DNA from: Octopus sinensis
Taxonomy: Eukaryota
NCBI RefSeq assembly: GCF_006345805.1
Contig: NC_043002.1
Coordinates: 34,348,001 to 34,412,000, forward strand
Reading direction: 5' to 3'
Length of the DNA stretch: 64,000 nt
A program made the position numbers and the translations under genes. This document shows positions 12,107 to 24,757 of the stretch, one piece after another (within the stretch, counting starts at the first letter, position 1; the number at the start of each line of letters is the position of its first letter). A model generated the notes under the pieces. It was not told where the DNA came from. It worked only from the letters and a program-made list of their open reading frames with translations, and made no database searches.

Positions 12107-12808
12107 TGTTTGCCCAACGTAGATGAATCCAGCAGGCGAAGGATTATTTACCTAAATTCAGTGGAATACATCCACTGGTTTTCAAAAATAGAAATATTAA
12201 TATTTCTAAATCTCTCTAAAGGAGACTACGGCAGCAGTACTGGATATCAATAGTTGTCGCCAAGCTAACATGGCAATCCAGGAAAATAGGACGAAAGTTG
12301 CCGTTGATTAGCTCCAAGAGGCCATCGCCTCTAGCTAGCTATGTGACGCACAAACCTGTGTCCATTATAACCTTCGAAAAGGGGAGGTCAGCAGCTTCCC
12401 TTGCTGGTCTTCTTTAGAGAGATTTAGAAATATATCAATATTTCTATTTTTGAAAACCAGTAGATGTATTCCACTGAATTTAGGTAAATAATCCTTCAAA
12501 CAACCGCTCAGTAGCGACGCCTGCTGGGTTCGGCTACTCTACATTGATAAGCGGCAAATACCCCGAAACTAGTCTGTAGATGTCTGACCACCAAGGGGAA
12601 GCTGCTGACCTCCCCTGTTCGAACGTTATAATGGACACAGGCTCATGTGTCACATAGTTAGCTAGAGGTGATGGCCTCTTGGAGATAATCAACGGCAGCA
12701 TTCGTCCTATTTTCCTGGATTGCCATGTTAGCTTGGCGATAACTATTAATATCCAGTACCGTTTGCCGTAGTCTTCTTTAGAGAGATTTAGAAATATTAA
12801 TATTTCTA
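12107..12808. mobile_element. Retrozyme/Penelope-pLTR-like element: 364-nt unit with terminal redundancy plus an inverted, circularly permuted copy
   Basis: gtcttctttagagagatttagaaata at both 12407 and 12771. 12185-12410 is inverted-homologous to 12586-12808, and 12140-12220 to 12407-12497. Confidence 0.75.
12538..12580 (+). ncRNA. Minimal type I hammerhead ribozyme (U3-A8 variant)
   Basis: tctaca-TTGATAA-gcgg caaata cccc-GAAA-ctag-TC-tgtaga: 6-bp stem I, core U3UGAUA8A, stem II with one mismatch, palindromic CUAG mini stem III, GUC cleavage triplet. Confidence 0.75.
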
Positions 12809-15414
12809 TAATAATAATAATAAACAGATGAATGTATTATACGCTTTCGCTACAATGTTTCATTAAAAAATTTTACTGTGGCATAGCATCCTCGTACTCT
12901 CAGGTGTGTAAGACGTGTAACATCCATAGGATCATGCAATACATTACAATACAACAATCTCTCAAATCATCGTGCAACCATATGCAGGTCAATATGTGAT
13001 ATTTCGTTAAACTGGCAAGTTCAACAACTAAACATTCAAAACAGGAATACTAACAGTTCAATATGGAAGTGGGCAGGGGGGCGTCGGTAATTGTAAGTAG
13101 CGCAGTTAGACTGTCAGAGAGAAAGTAATATCCAAATTGAGATCGTCAAGCGAGAAGCGAGAAAAGTTGTGGGAGACAAATTATAATCAAATAGAATAAA
13201 TAATAAAAAATAGAAAAGTTAAATGGTCTATTTTATCTTCAACAGCTTTTAAATCTGTCGACTCCATTTAGAATCAAATTCTAGTAGCTAGAATTCATTA
13301 TCACAGCGACTAGCGCCAAATTTCAAACTGACTCCGTCAGTCCTTTGAATTTAATCGGCAAACTCAGTCATAAAGAGACGATGTTCTGAATCAACTTGTA
13401 TTTTGTAGCGTTGTCATGAGAGTACGATATACGGGTAGATAGGATTGCTACCGTTTATTTATTTGGTATTCCTCTCCTTTGTCACCTTCTTTTAGTCTTA
13501 CTCAGATGCGCACACATTCGCACGATCTCAGGCATACGAGTTCGCGCATACATACATGCAAGCTCGTATGCAGATGCTTTCATATGCCAACACACATATT
13601 CTACCGTAATGATCTACGACTACGGGAACTAATACGGAGATAGGTGGAGAAAATTGAAAGATTGTGAGAGAATGGAGAGAGTGAGAGGAAGTGGAGAGGA
13701 TAGGAAATTTCAGAAAAAATCAGGAAAATTCTGAAAAGAAATGGGAAATTTGTTATGGAAAAATATCCTTAAAACTTCAAAAGTAGTTGAAAAATATTTA
13801 CTGGCCAAAACATTTACGAGGTAAAGATTAAACCTTTAAATTGGATAAAAAGGGTGTATGTAGGACGTGTGCAGTTTTTAGTAATGAACTTTCTCTCGTG
13901 CAAGCAAGGGCTGGAGATCTTCGTCTTAGCATTAAGGTGTAATCCTGATTTTATCAAGTTCCTTAGAACTATGCTCTTTTGTACAATTTGGAGCTTGTGT
14001 TTCTTGATAGTATTTAAAGATATAATCTGGATTTTTCGGCGATCTTCTGGTTGTGAAATGCTGTGCAATTTTCTTTTAACTGCCAGATATAACTTTTAAA
14101 CTTTGTAATATTCCGATCTTTGATGCTTCCTAATGTGGTGTTGTGGTTGTGAAATCTTCGATTGAACGATTTTTCCATTAGCGTGCTAGCTCATAAGCTC
14201 ACATCCTTAGCTTTTCATATTTACTTCATAAATGATGAGCTCAGAATTACATGGACCACTCAGAGTGCATAAACATCTAGCCTCAGTAGCCCGTGGCTCA
14301 GTACAATTTTGTCATAACGGCTCACCAATTCACTTGCATACGGATTCAATGATAATGAAGTGATACCCACAGTGACAGGTGAAGGATATTGCTGGAGGTC
14401 TCAATCTTCAACTCCGCATACTAGAGATAGCCGTTATTACACTAAATAATCAGCAATTATACTGCTCTGTCCTCCTGTTATGAGAAAGCAGGACTTACAA
14501 CTGAATCAAAAGAAAACTGTATCACTCATGCTAACACACGTTTGTATTTACATATGCTTGAGTGCATTTATATACGTAACAAAGTCAAGCGAGACTCCAG
14601 GAACAAGTTTACTTACAAAGCATAATAGATGTGTGTTGCAGGGATACGATGACGAATACATAAACGAAAATTTAAACAGTTTGTTTATCAAATACTCCCA
14701 TTCTTTAAATTATTTCATTATTAAACATCAGCCTTCCTTTTCAATAAACATGCAAACATACCGAAAGATTATTAAAATGATAAAGAAAGTAATAAACCGA
14801 GAGTAAGCCTCTTCAGTTGCTTATCTCCCTTACGTATTCACTCTTTCATTATGTAATCCCAACATACAAAATTCGGCCTGTTAATCGTTAGGTATATTTG
14901 CATTTGTGTTAAAAGATAAAAAGGTAAATATTCAATGATGAGAGAATTTTAAGAACTGAATTATTCCACAAATAAATTAATTTAGGTTCTCGTTGTGCCT
15001 TAAATATCGTATCCCAGCAACACATTTCTGCTTTTTTTAAGTAAATATGCTTATCATATCTTGCTTTCTTTGTTATTTTGGCTCAATATAATAACAAAGT
15101 GATATTAAATAAAGTTTCCCAAATACACTACCCTTTAAAACTATAAACAGATATCTTAGAAGACCGTTTTATATACTATTTTCCCCTAAAATACCTCAAA
15201 ATTGGGCATTTTGCTCAATCGTTCTTTCAATTTTTCGTTATTCTGATTTTTGTATCAAATGAAATTCTACGTTCCCACGTTCAACCTTCTCGCGTTCGAT
15301 CTTATGTTCAGCACTCATAGAATAGATGCAGCTGTTTTAGTGGTGCAAAATTCTTAGTAGAGGTATATTAAAATACACTTATTAAGAAATTGTTATTGTA
15401 CATGTGTATAGTGT

Positions 15415-15884
<470 letters not shown>

Positions 15885-16149
15885 TGTTTTGAGAGTAGTG
15901 AAATATGCAAAATATCGCGGTGACTAGTAGTTGCCTCACCTGTATGAATCTTCAGATTACGATTTTCGAGCTATATGTGCGCATGAAAACAGTCTGAAGA
16001 TTCCTGAAGTAGTTGATGAAACTACTGGTCACTGTCAAGAGTTTGAAACTTTCAATAATTGTATTAAAGTTTACCTTATTGTTGTATTAAGCTCTGTCTG
16101 TCGTTGAAGTAGCAGTATCTAATATACTCAACCTACTCTAATATATATT

Positions 16150-18410
16150 GCACTACGGAGGAACCTCTAGGTGACTCTGATCATGCTATGATCATCGCCA
16201 ATCTGGCTCTTGCGGGCAACAAAAACCTGAACCATCTCCAATCTGCTTCCTTCGATTGGAAGAGAGCAGATTGGAACCTGTACCACACTGAACTACAGCA
16301 CCCAAACTGGCGTTAATTCTACAACTCTGGAGATGTGAATACTATACTCCAGAGTATCCTGGACTCAATATGGGCAGCATGTGCAGCATCAGTGCCACGT
16401 AAACAAAAAAGAAGAACCGCCCCAAAAGGGCAATTGGGAAACTTCAGCGGTCCGACTTGCCAGGAGGGAACGTCGGACTGCTGAACGGGAATACAGGTTG
16501 CATAAATCAGACACCAACAGGAAGAAGCGGAATAAATCCTCCAACCATCTCAAGCAAGTGACAAAAAAAGCAGTGCTTGAATTTGAACAGTGCATAGCAG
16601 CCAATCCTGACAGCAAGGTTTTCTGGAAATATGTGCACTCAAAGCAGAGACCTCACTCTCCAGTGGGCCCTCTTCGCAACCCTCACACAAACCAGATCAC
16701 TGACGACCCCAAGGAATGCGCAGAACTCATTGCCGAGTGCTATGCAAACATATTCACTGTTGAAAGTCAAAATGTACCATCTTCACCATCACTAACAGCA
16801 AACTCCATAACAACTATGGAATTTACACCTGCAATGCTGCGACGTCACCTTCAAAATAAGCGCAACTATGCCTCCCCTGGTCTCGATGGAGTTACATACC
16901 TGCTTCTCAAACGTGGCAGGCACTTCCTTTTACACCAGCTTTCTATTTTCTTCCAGTACTGTCTCAACAATGGTGCTACTCCGGAGCAGTGGAAAACTGC
17001 CAGTGTCATTCCTCTGTTCAAAAAGGGCGACCGCACATCACCTGTCAACTATCGCCCAGTCAGTCTCACTAGCTGTATTGCAAAACTGATGGAATCGTGT
17101 GTCAGAGAAACACTCTGGAACTTCTGGAGCTCTCACAGTCTCATCCGACCCTCACAATATGGATTTGTCCCTAACTCCAGCTGCAGTGACCAGCTTGTCG
17201 AGTTCCTTGAGGACATTACTCAGATTACTGACAGTGGCTCATGGGTGGATGTTGTCTACCTTGACTTTGCTAAGGCTTTCAACTTTGTGCCACACAAAAG
17301 GCTTATGGTGAAACTCTCTGCAATGGGTGTGGGGGATGACCTTTTTAACTGGTTGAAATCCTTCATCCTCAGCCGAAAGGAGGTAGTCACAGTTCTAGGA
17401 CAGCACTCTACACCATATGAGATGTCATCGGGTGTACCACAGGGATCTGTCCTTGGTCCCCTCTTGTTTGTGGCATACATTAACGACATAGATGCCAATT
17501 TAAAGAATGCCACAGTATTGAAATATGCAGACGACATCAAGCTGTACCTTGAAATCAAGAGGACAGATCCTGATGTCTACAACTCTTTCCTGCAATCAGA
17601 CCTAGACACAATGCAGCAATGGATCACAGACTGGCAACTGAAACTGGCTGTGGACAAGTGTACCACCATGCATTTTGGGAGAAAAAACCCTGCGTTCACA
17701 TACTCCCTCCACAACACTGATATCAAGAAATCCTCTTGCGAGCGTGACCTAGGCATCACTGTCAGCAGTGATTTGCGTTGGTCAAAGCATATCTCTAAGA
17801 TTGTCAGGAAGGCCGAGGGTGTCTTGGCATCACTCAGCAGGTCTTTTGTTAGCCGCTCTCCAGCCATCTATTTAAAACTGTATACAGCTATGGTACAACC
17901 ACACTTGGAATTCGCATCATCAGTTTGGAACCCCTATCTTGCACAGAACATTGACCTCCTGGAATCTGTCCAGAGACGTGCAACCAAACGCATACCCTCC
18001 ATCAGACACCTACCATATTCTGAGCGCCTTGTTTCCCTGGGCATGGATTCACTGAAGCTCCGGCGTTTGGCGACGGACTTGGTAAACACCCACAAAGTTA
18101 TCAACCACCTCACCAACAACAACACTGAACACCTTTTTGATCTCCATGTGTCTAACACACGTGGACATGCCTACAAAGTCAGAAAACAATACAGCTCCCA
18201 TGACTTTCGGAAACATTTTTTCACGCTCAGAGTTGCTGAAGCATGGAATAAACTGCCTGCGTCAGTTGTTGACTGCCATGACACTGCATCTTTTAAGGCC
18301 CTCATGCTTTCCGAAATCCGCCGAAACTACACCTGATTATATATACACTTTAGATGAGTTGTAGTGCACCTGAGCACTGTACACAATTATTATTATTATT
18401 ATTATTATTA
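16150..18410 (+). mobile_element. 5'-truncated CR1/L2-group LINE with (TAT)n tail
   Basis: Begins in the APE C-terminus (EPLGDSDHAMI), one stop near 16315, frameshift near 16420, then an open RT frame; short 3' UTR followed by (att)n. Confidence 0.93.
16381..18336 (+). CDS. LINE ORF2 remnant: uninterrupted reverse transcriptase and C-terminal domain (651 codons; annotated start is GTG, not a true start)
   Basis: SPGLDG, NYRPVSLTS, YLDFAKAFN, SGVPQGSVLGPLLF, YADD, ERDLG, HLEFASSVWNP, WNKLP. Confidence 0.9.
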   Translation: MQHQCHVNKKEEPPQKGNWETSAVRLARRERRTAEREYRLHKSDTNRKKRNKSSNHLKQVTKKAVLEFEQCIAANPDSKVFWKYVHSKQRPHSPVGPLRNPHTNQITDDPKECAELIAECYANIFTVESQNVPSSPSLTANSITTMEFTPAMLRRHLQNKRNYASPGLDGVTYLLLKRGRHFLLHQLSIFFQYCLNNGATPEQWKTASVIPLFKKGDRTSPVNYRPVSLTSCIAKLMESCVRETLWNFWSSHSLIRPSQYGFVPNSSCSDQLVEFLEDITQITDSGSWVDVVYLDFAKAFNFVPHKRLMVKLSAMGVGDDLFNWLKSFILSRKEVVTVLGQHSTPYEMSSGVPQGSVLGPLLFVAYINDIDANLKNATVLKYADDIKLYLEIKRTDPDVYNSFLQSDLDTMQQWITDWQLKLAVDKCTTMHFGRKNPAFTYSLHNTDIKKSSCERDLGITVSSDLRWSKHISKIVRKAEGVLASLSRSFVSRSPAIYLKLYTAMVQPHLEFASSVWNPYLAQNIDLLESVQRRATKRIPSIRHLPYSERLVSLGMDSLKLRRLATDLVNTHKVINHLTNNNTEHLFDLHVSNTRGHAYKVRKQYSSHDFRKHFFTLRVAEAWNKLPASVVDCHDTASFKALMLSEIRRNYT

Positions 18411-18429
18411 TACATACATACATACACAT

Positions 18430-18521
<92 letters not shown>

Positions 18522-19803
18522 GATGAAAGGCGGAAGGTGGAATATACAAAACGATCACTATGAACGTAACCGTGCTTTACCGGCAAGCTACCAGGTGTAA
18601 ACCATTCATTTTATCATCCCTTATATATATATACATATATGTATATATCTATAAATATATATATATATTGTTTCGAATTTGTGTGAATGTGTATGGAATA
18701 ATATATAAGTTGAATAAAGTTAAAACATAGTTTGGTTTTCAAGTTTTTTTTTTATTATGGTATTTTAACAAAATTAGTGCTTTCGTGCATAATGTATTCA
18801 TCAGATTTGAAATCTGGTGAATACATTATGCATGAAAGCGCTAATTTTGTTAGAATACCATAATAAAAATCGCGAAAACCAGACTGTTTTAACTTTATTC
18901 AACTTTATATATATATATATATACAATTAGTAATCGGATAGATAACTAGACGAAGACAGGCAGACTGACAGGTAGACAGACAGACAGACAGATATTTCTA
19001 ATTATATTCTTTAGAAGTTGGTTCTCATTTTAGACCTGTTATTACTGTTTGGTGTTCATCCATCTGAAACTGAAACTGAAAATTAAAGAGTTGTTAAAAC
19101 CACATATTCAAGTAAAGGAACAGAATGTAGTAAGATTTTATATTATTTCGTCTTCTGAATTTATATTTAGTTAGATGATAGACGATATGAGGTAAAATGA
19201 GTTTGGAGGCTGCAAGTGACCTTCACATCATACAGTTACTGTGGAAAGTATGTGGGTAATATAAAAACCATATGGTCAACTGACAATGTATCTAACCGCC
19301 AGATAAAACTTGTGACCAACAAACACATTGTGTAACTACATGAGCATATTGTCACTGTATATGATAATGTGAGACTGTTATCTCTGATATTTTGGTTACT
19401 ACTGGCTCATGAGTAATTTTCTTCGAAAGGAAAAATATGAAATAATTGTAGTCTGTTTTGTTATCCTGTTCCACGAAAGACTCGGAATGTCAGCAAGCGA
19501 AGTTAAACCTGTAAGACTCTGGTTAGTTAAGTATTGCAAAGATCTGGAGACTCGGTTAGAACATATGAGTCTATGTTTGATTAAGTGTGTTTCAAAGATT
19601 TCTTCTTGATGTTATTCCGTCACCTTAAGCAGTGAAAATAGTGAGTTGATTTCTAGAGAATTGTATTTATAACGTAGGGAAATTTTCTGCAGAAAGCAAT
19701 GGAATTGGGATCTGTTTCATCTTGGTACTCTCAAAAGGAATCGGTAAATATTTAAGACTAAAGTTTAATTGGACAGGGAGGTGAGACAAAAGGTAGATTT
19801 AAG

Positions 19804-20415
19804 ACAGTGTTTCTCAACTGGAGTCCATATGACCCTTGGGGCTCCATATAAGGTTTTATTGTTAAGATTTTATATAAGATTTTATTGTGTGCAATAAACT
19901 CGAAATATTTTAGCTTTTTTACACAATTCCTAATATTTACTCTTTTACTCTTTTATTTGTTTCAGTCATGTGACTGTGACCATGCTGGAGCACCGTCTTT
20001 GGTCGAACAAATCGACCCCAGGACTTATTCTTTGTAAGCCTAGTACTTATTCTATCGGTCACTTTTGCCGAACCGACGTAAACACACCACCATCGGTTGC
20101 CAAGCGATGTTGGGGGGACAAACACAGACACACAAACATATACGGGCTTCTTGCAGTTTCCAACTACCAAATCCACTCACAATGCTTTGGTCGGCCCTAG
20201 GCTATAGTAGAAGACACTTGCCCAAGGTGCCACGCAGTGGGACTGAACCCGGAACCATGTGGCTGGTAAGCAAGCTATTTACCACACAGCCACTCGTACG
20301 CCTATTTATAGAAATGCGGTAGGTTTTTTTCATACGCATGAAATAGCTACGGAGGTCTAGAAGAGTAAAATAGGAACCAAAAGGGGGTCCATAAGTAAAA
20401 ATCGTTGAGAAGCAT
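19804..20415. mobile_element. hAT-type MITE split by a minus-strand SINE (19936-20305)
   Basis: cagtgtttctcaact left end and gttgagaagca right end; SINE head and tail recognisable in between. Confidence 0.65.
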
Positions 20416-23087
20416 TTATTTAAGACAAGGATAAAGGTTAAATTTGTTAAGAGGAGAAAATGCCAGTCACCTAAACTGGACGCGGTTCTATGGGTACTGT
20501 CAAGAACGGGGCAAAAAGGGTAAAGATGTGTAGTGAGTAGAAAGTAATCGGGGTTCGAATTTTGTGTAGAGTAGATCTATAAGCAAAAGACACAGACTGG
20601 ATATCTGAAAATAATTCGGAATTAATGTTTAGAAAAGAAAGAAAACAAACACAAAGCATTCGTTTATAAACTGTTAATTATTGAATGATATAACTGTTAA
20701 TTATCGCATGACATATCATAGTTAATTACTGAATGACATATAATTTCTTAATTATTATATGACAATCTGTTGTTGATATGAATGACATAAATTGTAAATT
20801 AGTGGATGACACATCATTTTGATCATTTATGTATGATGTAAATTATTTTACATTATCAAAAGTTTGAAGTTAATGACCTTGGTCATTTTTGGTCAGTTAT
20901 GACCAGATCGTTTAATATAAATAATCATTAGTTCTGGTCATGTGTATCAATAAATTTATATTAACATATAAATACATATATGTATATGGCGGAGAGATGA
21001 GGATTTAGAAGGAAAAAGACATAATCACGCATTTCGTACAAGCACACGGACACACACACACGCACGCATTCATATGTACACATATATTCTCATATAAGCA
21101 CACACACACACGCACACACTCATACGCACGCACACGTTAACGGAATTGTTTTAATGAATGTACACTTGATTCTAGGAAACATGAGTAACTATCAGTTGAC
21201 ATGTGTGCATATATTGACTTCAGAGTATGTTTATTTGTAGTTGTGTAGGTGATGTGTGTGCTTTCTATCAGAACTAAACTTTTATTTCTAACTTAGCAAT
21301 GTCATATGGCCCTTTTTTCAAAGGGACGTCACAAATCTACAGAGCAAACTGTTCTGAAAGACCCCAAAATCTAAAGTGGAACCAACTGTAGAATTTTTAT
21401 GAGAAATAGGTTTAGTTGATCTCCATTTTACAAATGACAACTACATATTTTCAAAGAAGGCTGGAACTTTCTACAAAATGTAAAGCATTCTTGTTGCCTA
21501 TGATAGAACGAGATGATTCTAGTAGGTCTTCTGCTTTCGACTTCTTGTAACTCAGAAATTGATAATTGCCAAAGGCATTCATTTCAAATAGTATAAACCA
21601 AGATAACGTTTATATAATACATGAATATCTCGTGAATTAATATTATATGTTTACATGCACTAAATATCAAACAAATATAGTGTGGCACTTGAGGTGTGCT
21701 GCATACAGCATGAAGGGTGCGATCGGAAAAGTAATTCGCACAAGAGATATAGCAGGAGACGTGAGGTAATAAATACGTAGAGTTGCTAAACGATTGAGCA
21801 CAAAGCATGTAATGGAAACGTGTGTCGTGTGACGTTATTTTTAATGTAAGCCAGAGTTTGACTCTTTCCTGTAGCATGTAAGAAATTCACCTTCATGAAA
21901 TGTTGCTTTACATCTTTGTGTTCACCTGACAACTTCAGATTATATACAGTTAGGACTCACATTACGGATTTATTTTGATAATAAGTGAATATGACATCAT
22001 GATTTTTATGGGAACAATAACAATATGAGTGTAATTAACAAGAAGGGTTGTGTTAAGAAACCATAGTTTAACAAGAATATGGTTAACTTGTACAAATATA
22101 ACAAATGATTTCTACCACAGGCACAAGGTCACAAAATTTAGTGAATTGGTACAGTTGGTTTTAATTATACCAGTTCTGGAACAGGTATTTGTTTTATAGA
22201 TTCAGAATAATATGGCGGGATTTGAAATCAGAATGTCAATAAATAACGCAAAACATTTTCTCCAGTGCTTTGTCAATTCAGAAACACACAAAGACCGTTA
22301 ACTTCACTAAAACATTTATTTGTAATATTGTGCCAAAATATTCGCCACTCGAAACTGCTCTCAGAAAGTTGTATCTTGTCCAAATATGTAATATGATCCA
22401 ATATAAACATACAACAATCTAAACAGATATATTTCACTAACAACTATATACGAGTAAGTCTAACAAGTGTACGACTAACGATTTCACGTCTGGTGTTTCT
22501 TCATAACACTATTCTTAACAAATCTCCGGCCATGAATTTAATTTTAAGACAAATATTTTGAGAAGGGTACAGTTGATTTAAACAACCCAGGTTTTTGACT
22601 GGTATGTATTTTATGAACACGTCAGTAATTTTAATGTAAAGTGATGTAACTAAATTGCGACTATGAATTTACCAATTCTATAACATTGCTTTCACTAGTT
22701 AATAAAATGAAGATATGATACAACGGCTCAGGGATTCTAAAGGAGGAATATGACCGGTTCATTGGACTTCACTACATAACTAGTGCTTAACAATTGATCT
22801 TGTTTAATTAACTATTGATCTTACATCAATGGATAATAATTCCAATGAGGTGAACTTTGACTTCCATTATTTCAAGATGGATGGAATAAATACCAGTCAT
22901 GCACCGAGGTCAATTCATCTTACTATGTCTCTCGTCTATCATTGACAAATCAATTTGTAAGTAATGAGCAAGGGGGTTGCTTAAAACTATAAACTGGGCC
23001 AACTTGGCATAAAGTTGCCTGGACTGCTATAAATTAGAAGCAATTGGTATAAAATTGACAAGACTACAAATAAATAGACTGGAGATT

Positions 23088-23375
23088 GCTGTGTGGAAGA
23101 CACAAGTTAGCCATTCAGAAACACACAAAGACCGTTAACTTCACTAAAACATTTATTTGTAATACTGTGCCAAAATTTTCGTCGCTTGAAACTGCGCAAA
23201 ATTTTGTCAGTGAACCGATCGCAGTTTCGAACGACGAAAATTTCGACACCATATTACAAATAAATATGTAAGCAAAGTTAACGGCTTCTGTGTGTTTCTG
23301 AATGGCAAACTTTTGTCTTCCACGCTACGATCGCTTTAGTTTCAGCACACGATTTCAGATCAAAAGACGTGTTAA
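23088..23375. mobile_element. Imperfect fold-back element (family of 5656-6060; fragment at 22270-22360)
   Basis: gtggaagac...ccattcagaaacacaca versus tgtgtgtttctgaatgg...gtcttccac; the same trailing gtttcagcacacgat(c/t)tcagatcaaa follows as at 6020-6050. Confidence 0.75.
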
Positions 23376-24507
23376 GGACGCACATTTTCTTAAATAGACT
23401 GGGTTTATTGTAAAAAGACTGTACATTTATATACATATATGTACATTTATAAATTGTAATGGACAACTAAAGAGTAGATTCTAGACAGCTAAAAAAAGAA
23501 TAGAATTGACCAACCTGTAATGATATAACCACCGTGTAAAAAACTATTGATTTAAAATTATCAAAGACACTCCAATCATATCTACCCTATCTGTAACTCG
23601 GACATAGTCTACCTAGGAATACATTATCCTATGTGCTTTAAGATTGTTGAGTGTAATTTGAAGGATATTGGTTGTTAGTTTTAATATGTTGAGTAGCAAT
23701 ATAGAGAAGCTCTACCTATAAACTCGTTGCCATTGTGATGGTTGCTTGAGTTATTGCTGATGTTGTAGTTGTTGATTTTGTTGTAAATACTGTGTAGTTG
23801 ATATTTTGTTGTTGTTGGGGGGGGGTTATCTCAGATCTTTCATCAAAATCATTCCAGCCGTGATCATCACGTCTTTTCCTTGACACAATTCACCTACAAT
23901 TCAATGTAGCATTCTGTTCTAAACCAGATATTGATGGAAGATTTAGCTGCTTTTTCAAGCAGATCACTCGACCGTGTTGACGTTCTTTTGTTGACGAGTT
24001 TGTTGCTGATATAGTTGTTGACTATATGGTTTTGATGTTGTTGATGATGTTTATCAATACCATCGTATTTAACCGCTTCGCAACGTCACCCAACTCAGAG
24101 GCATGAAGAATAAATTTACACCAGTTTCCAGTTCCTTAAAAAGTACTTTTATTAATTAATTATCATATTTATATTTATCATCACCAATCATCCTCGTCGT
24201 TATCATCGTCGTCGTCCACTCACCAATTCCCCATGTTGGTGTCGTTGTTGTTGTTATTGTTATTATTATTATTATTACTATTATTTTTGTTATTTTATGT
24301 TTGTACAAGTTGGCTCCAAGTCTCACCCAGAGACCTCAAGAGACAACAAATTAGAAGTTCATGTTGGTATTATTCCTAGGGTGCCATATATTTGGTTTTG
24401 TACATAGTGTTGTTCTAGAGAATGCTTCAGAAACCATAAAAAAATTATGTTTGTTTTAAAACTTGAGATTACATAGAAAGTATTTTGCGTTATTATTATT
24501 ATTATTA

Positions 24508-24555
<48 letters not shown>

Positions 24556-24603
24556 CATCATCATCAGCATCATCATCATCAGCATCATCATCATCATTAT
24601 TAC

Positions 24604-24655
<52 letters not shown>

Positions 24656-24757
24656 GCTATTGATGTTTTCTGGTCGTTTACTCATGTTGTCACATTTACA
24701 AAGTTGCCCTGCTTGAATCTGCTGCTGTTTGAGCAAGTTCTTCCTTTTGATTGGACG

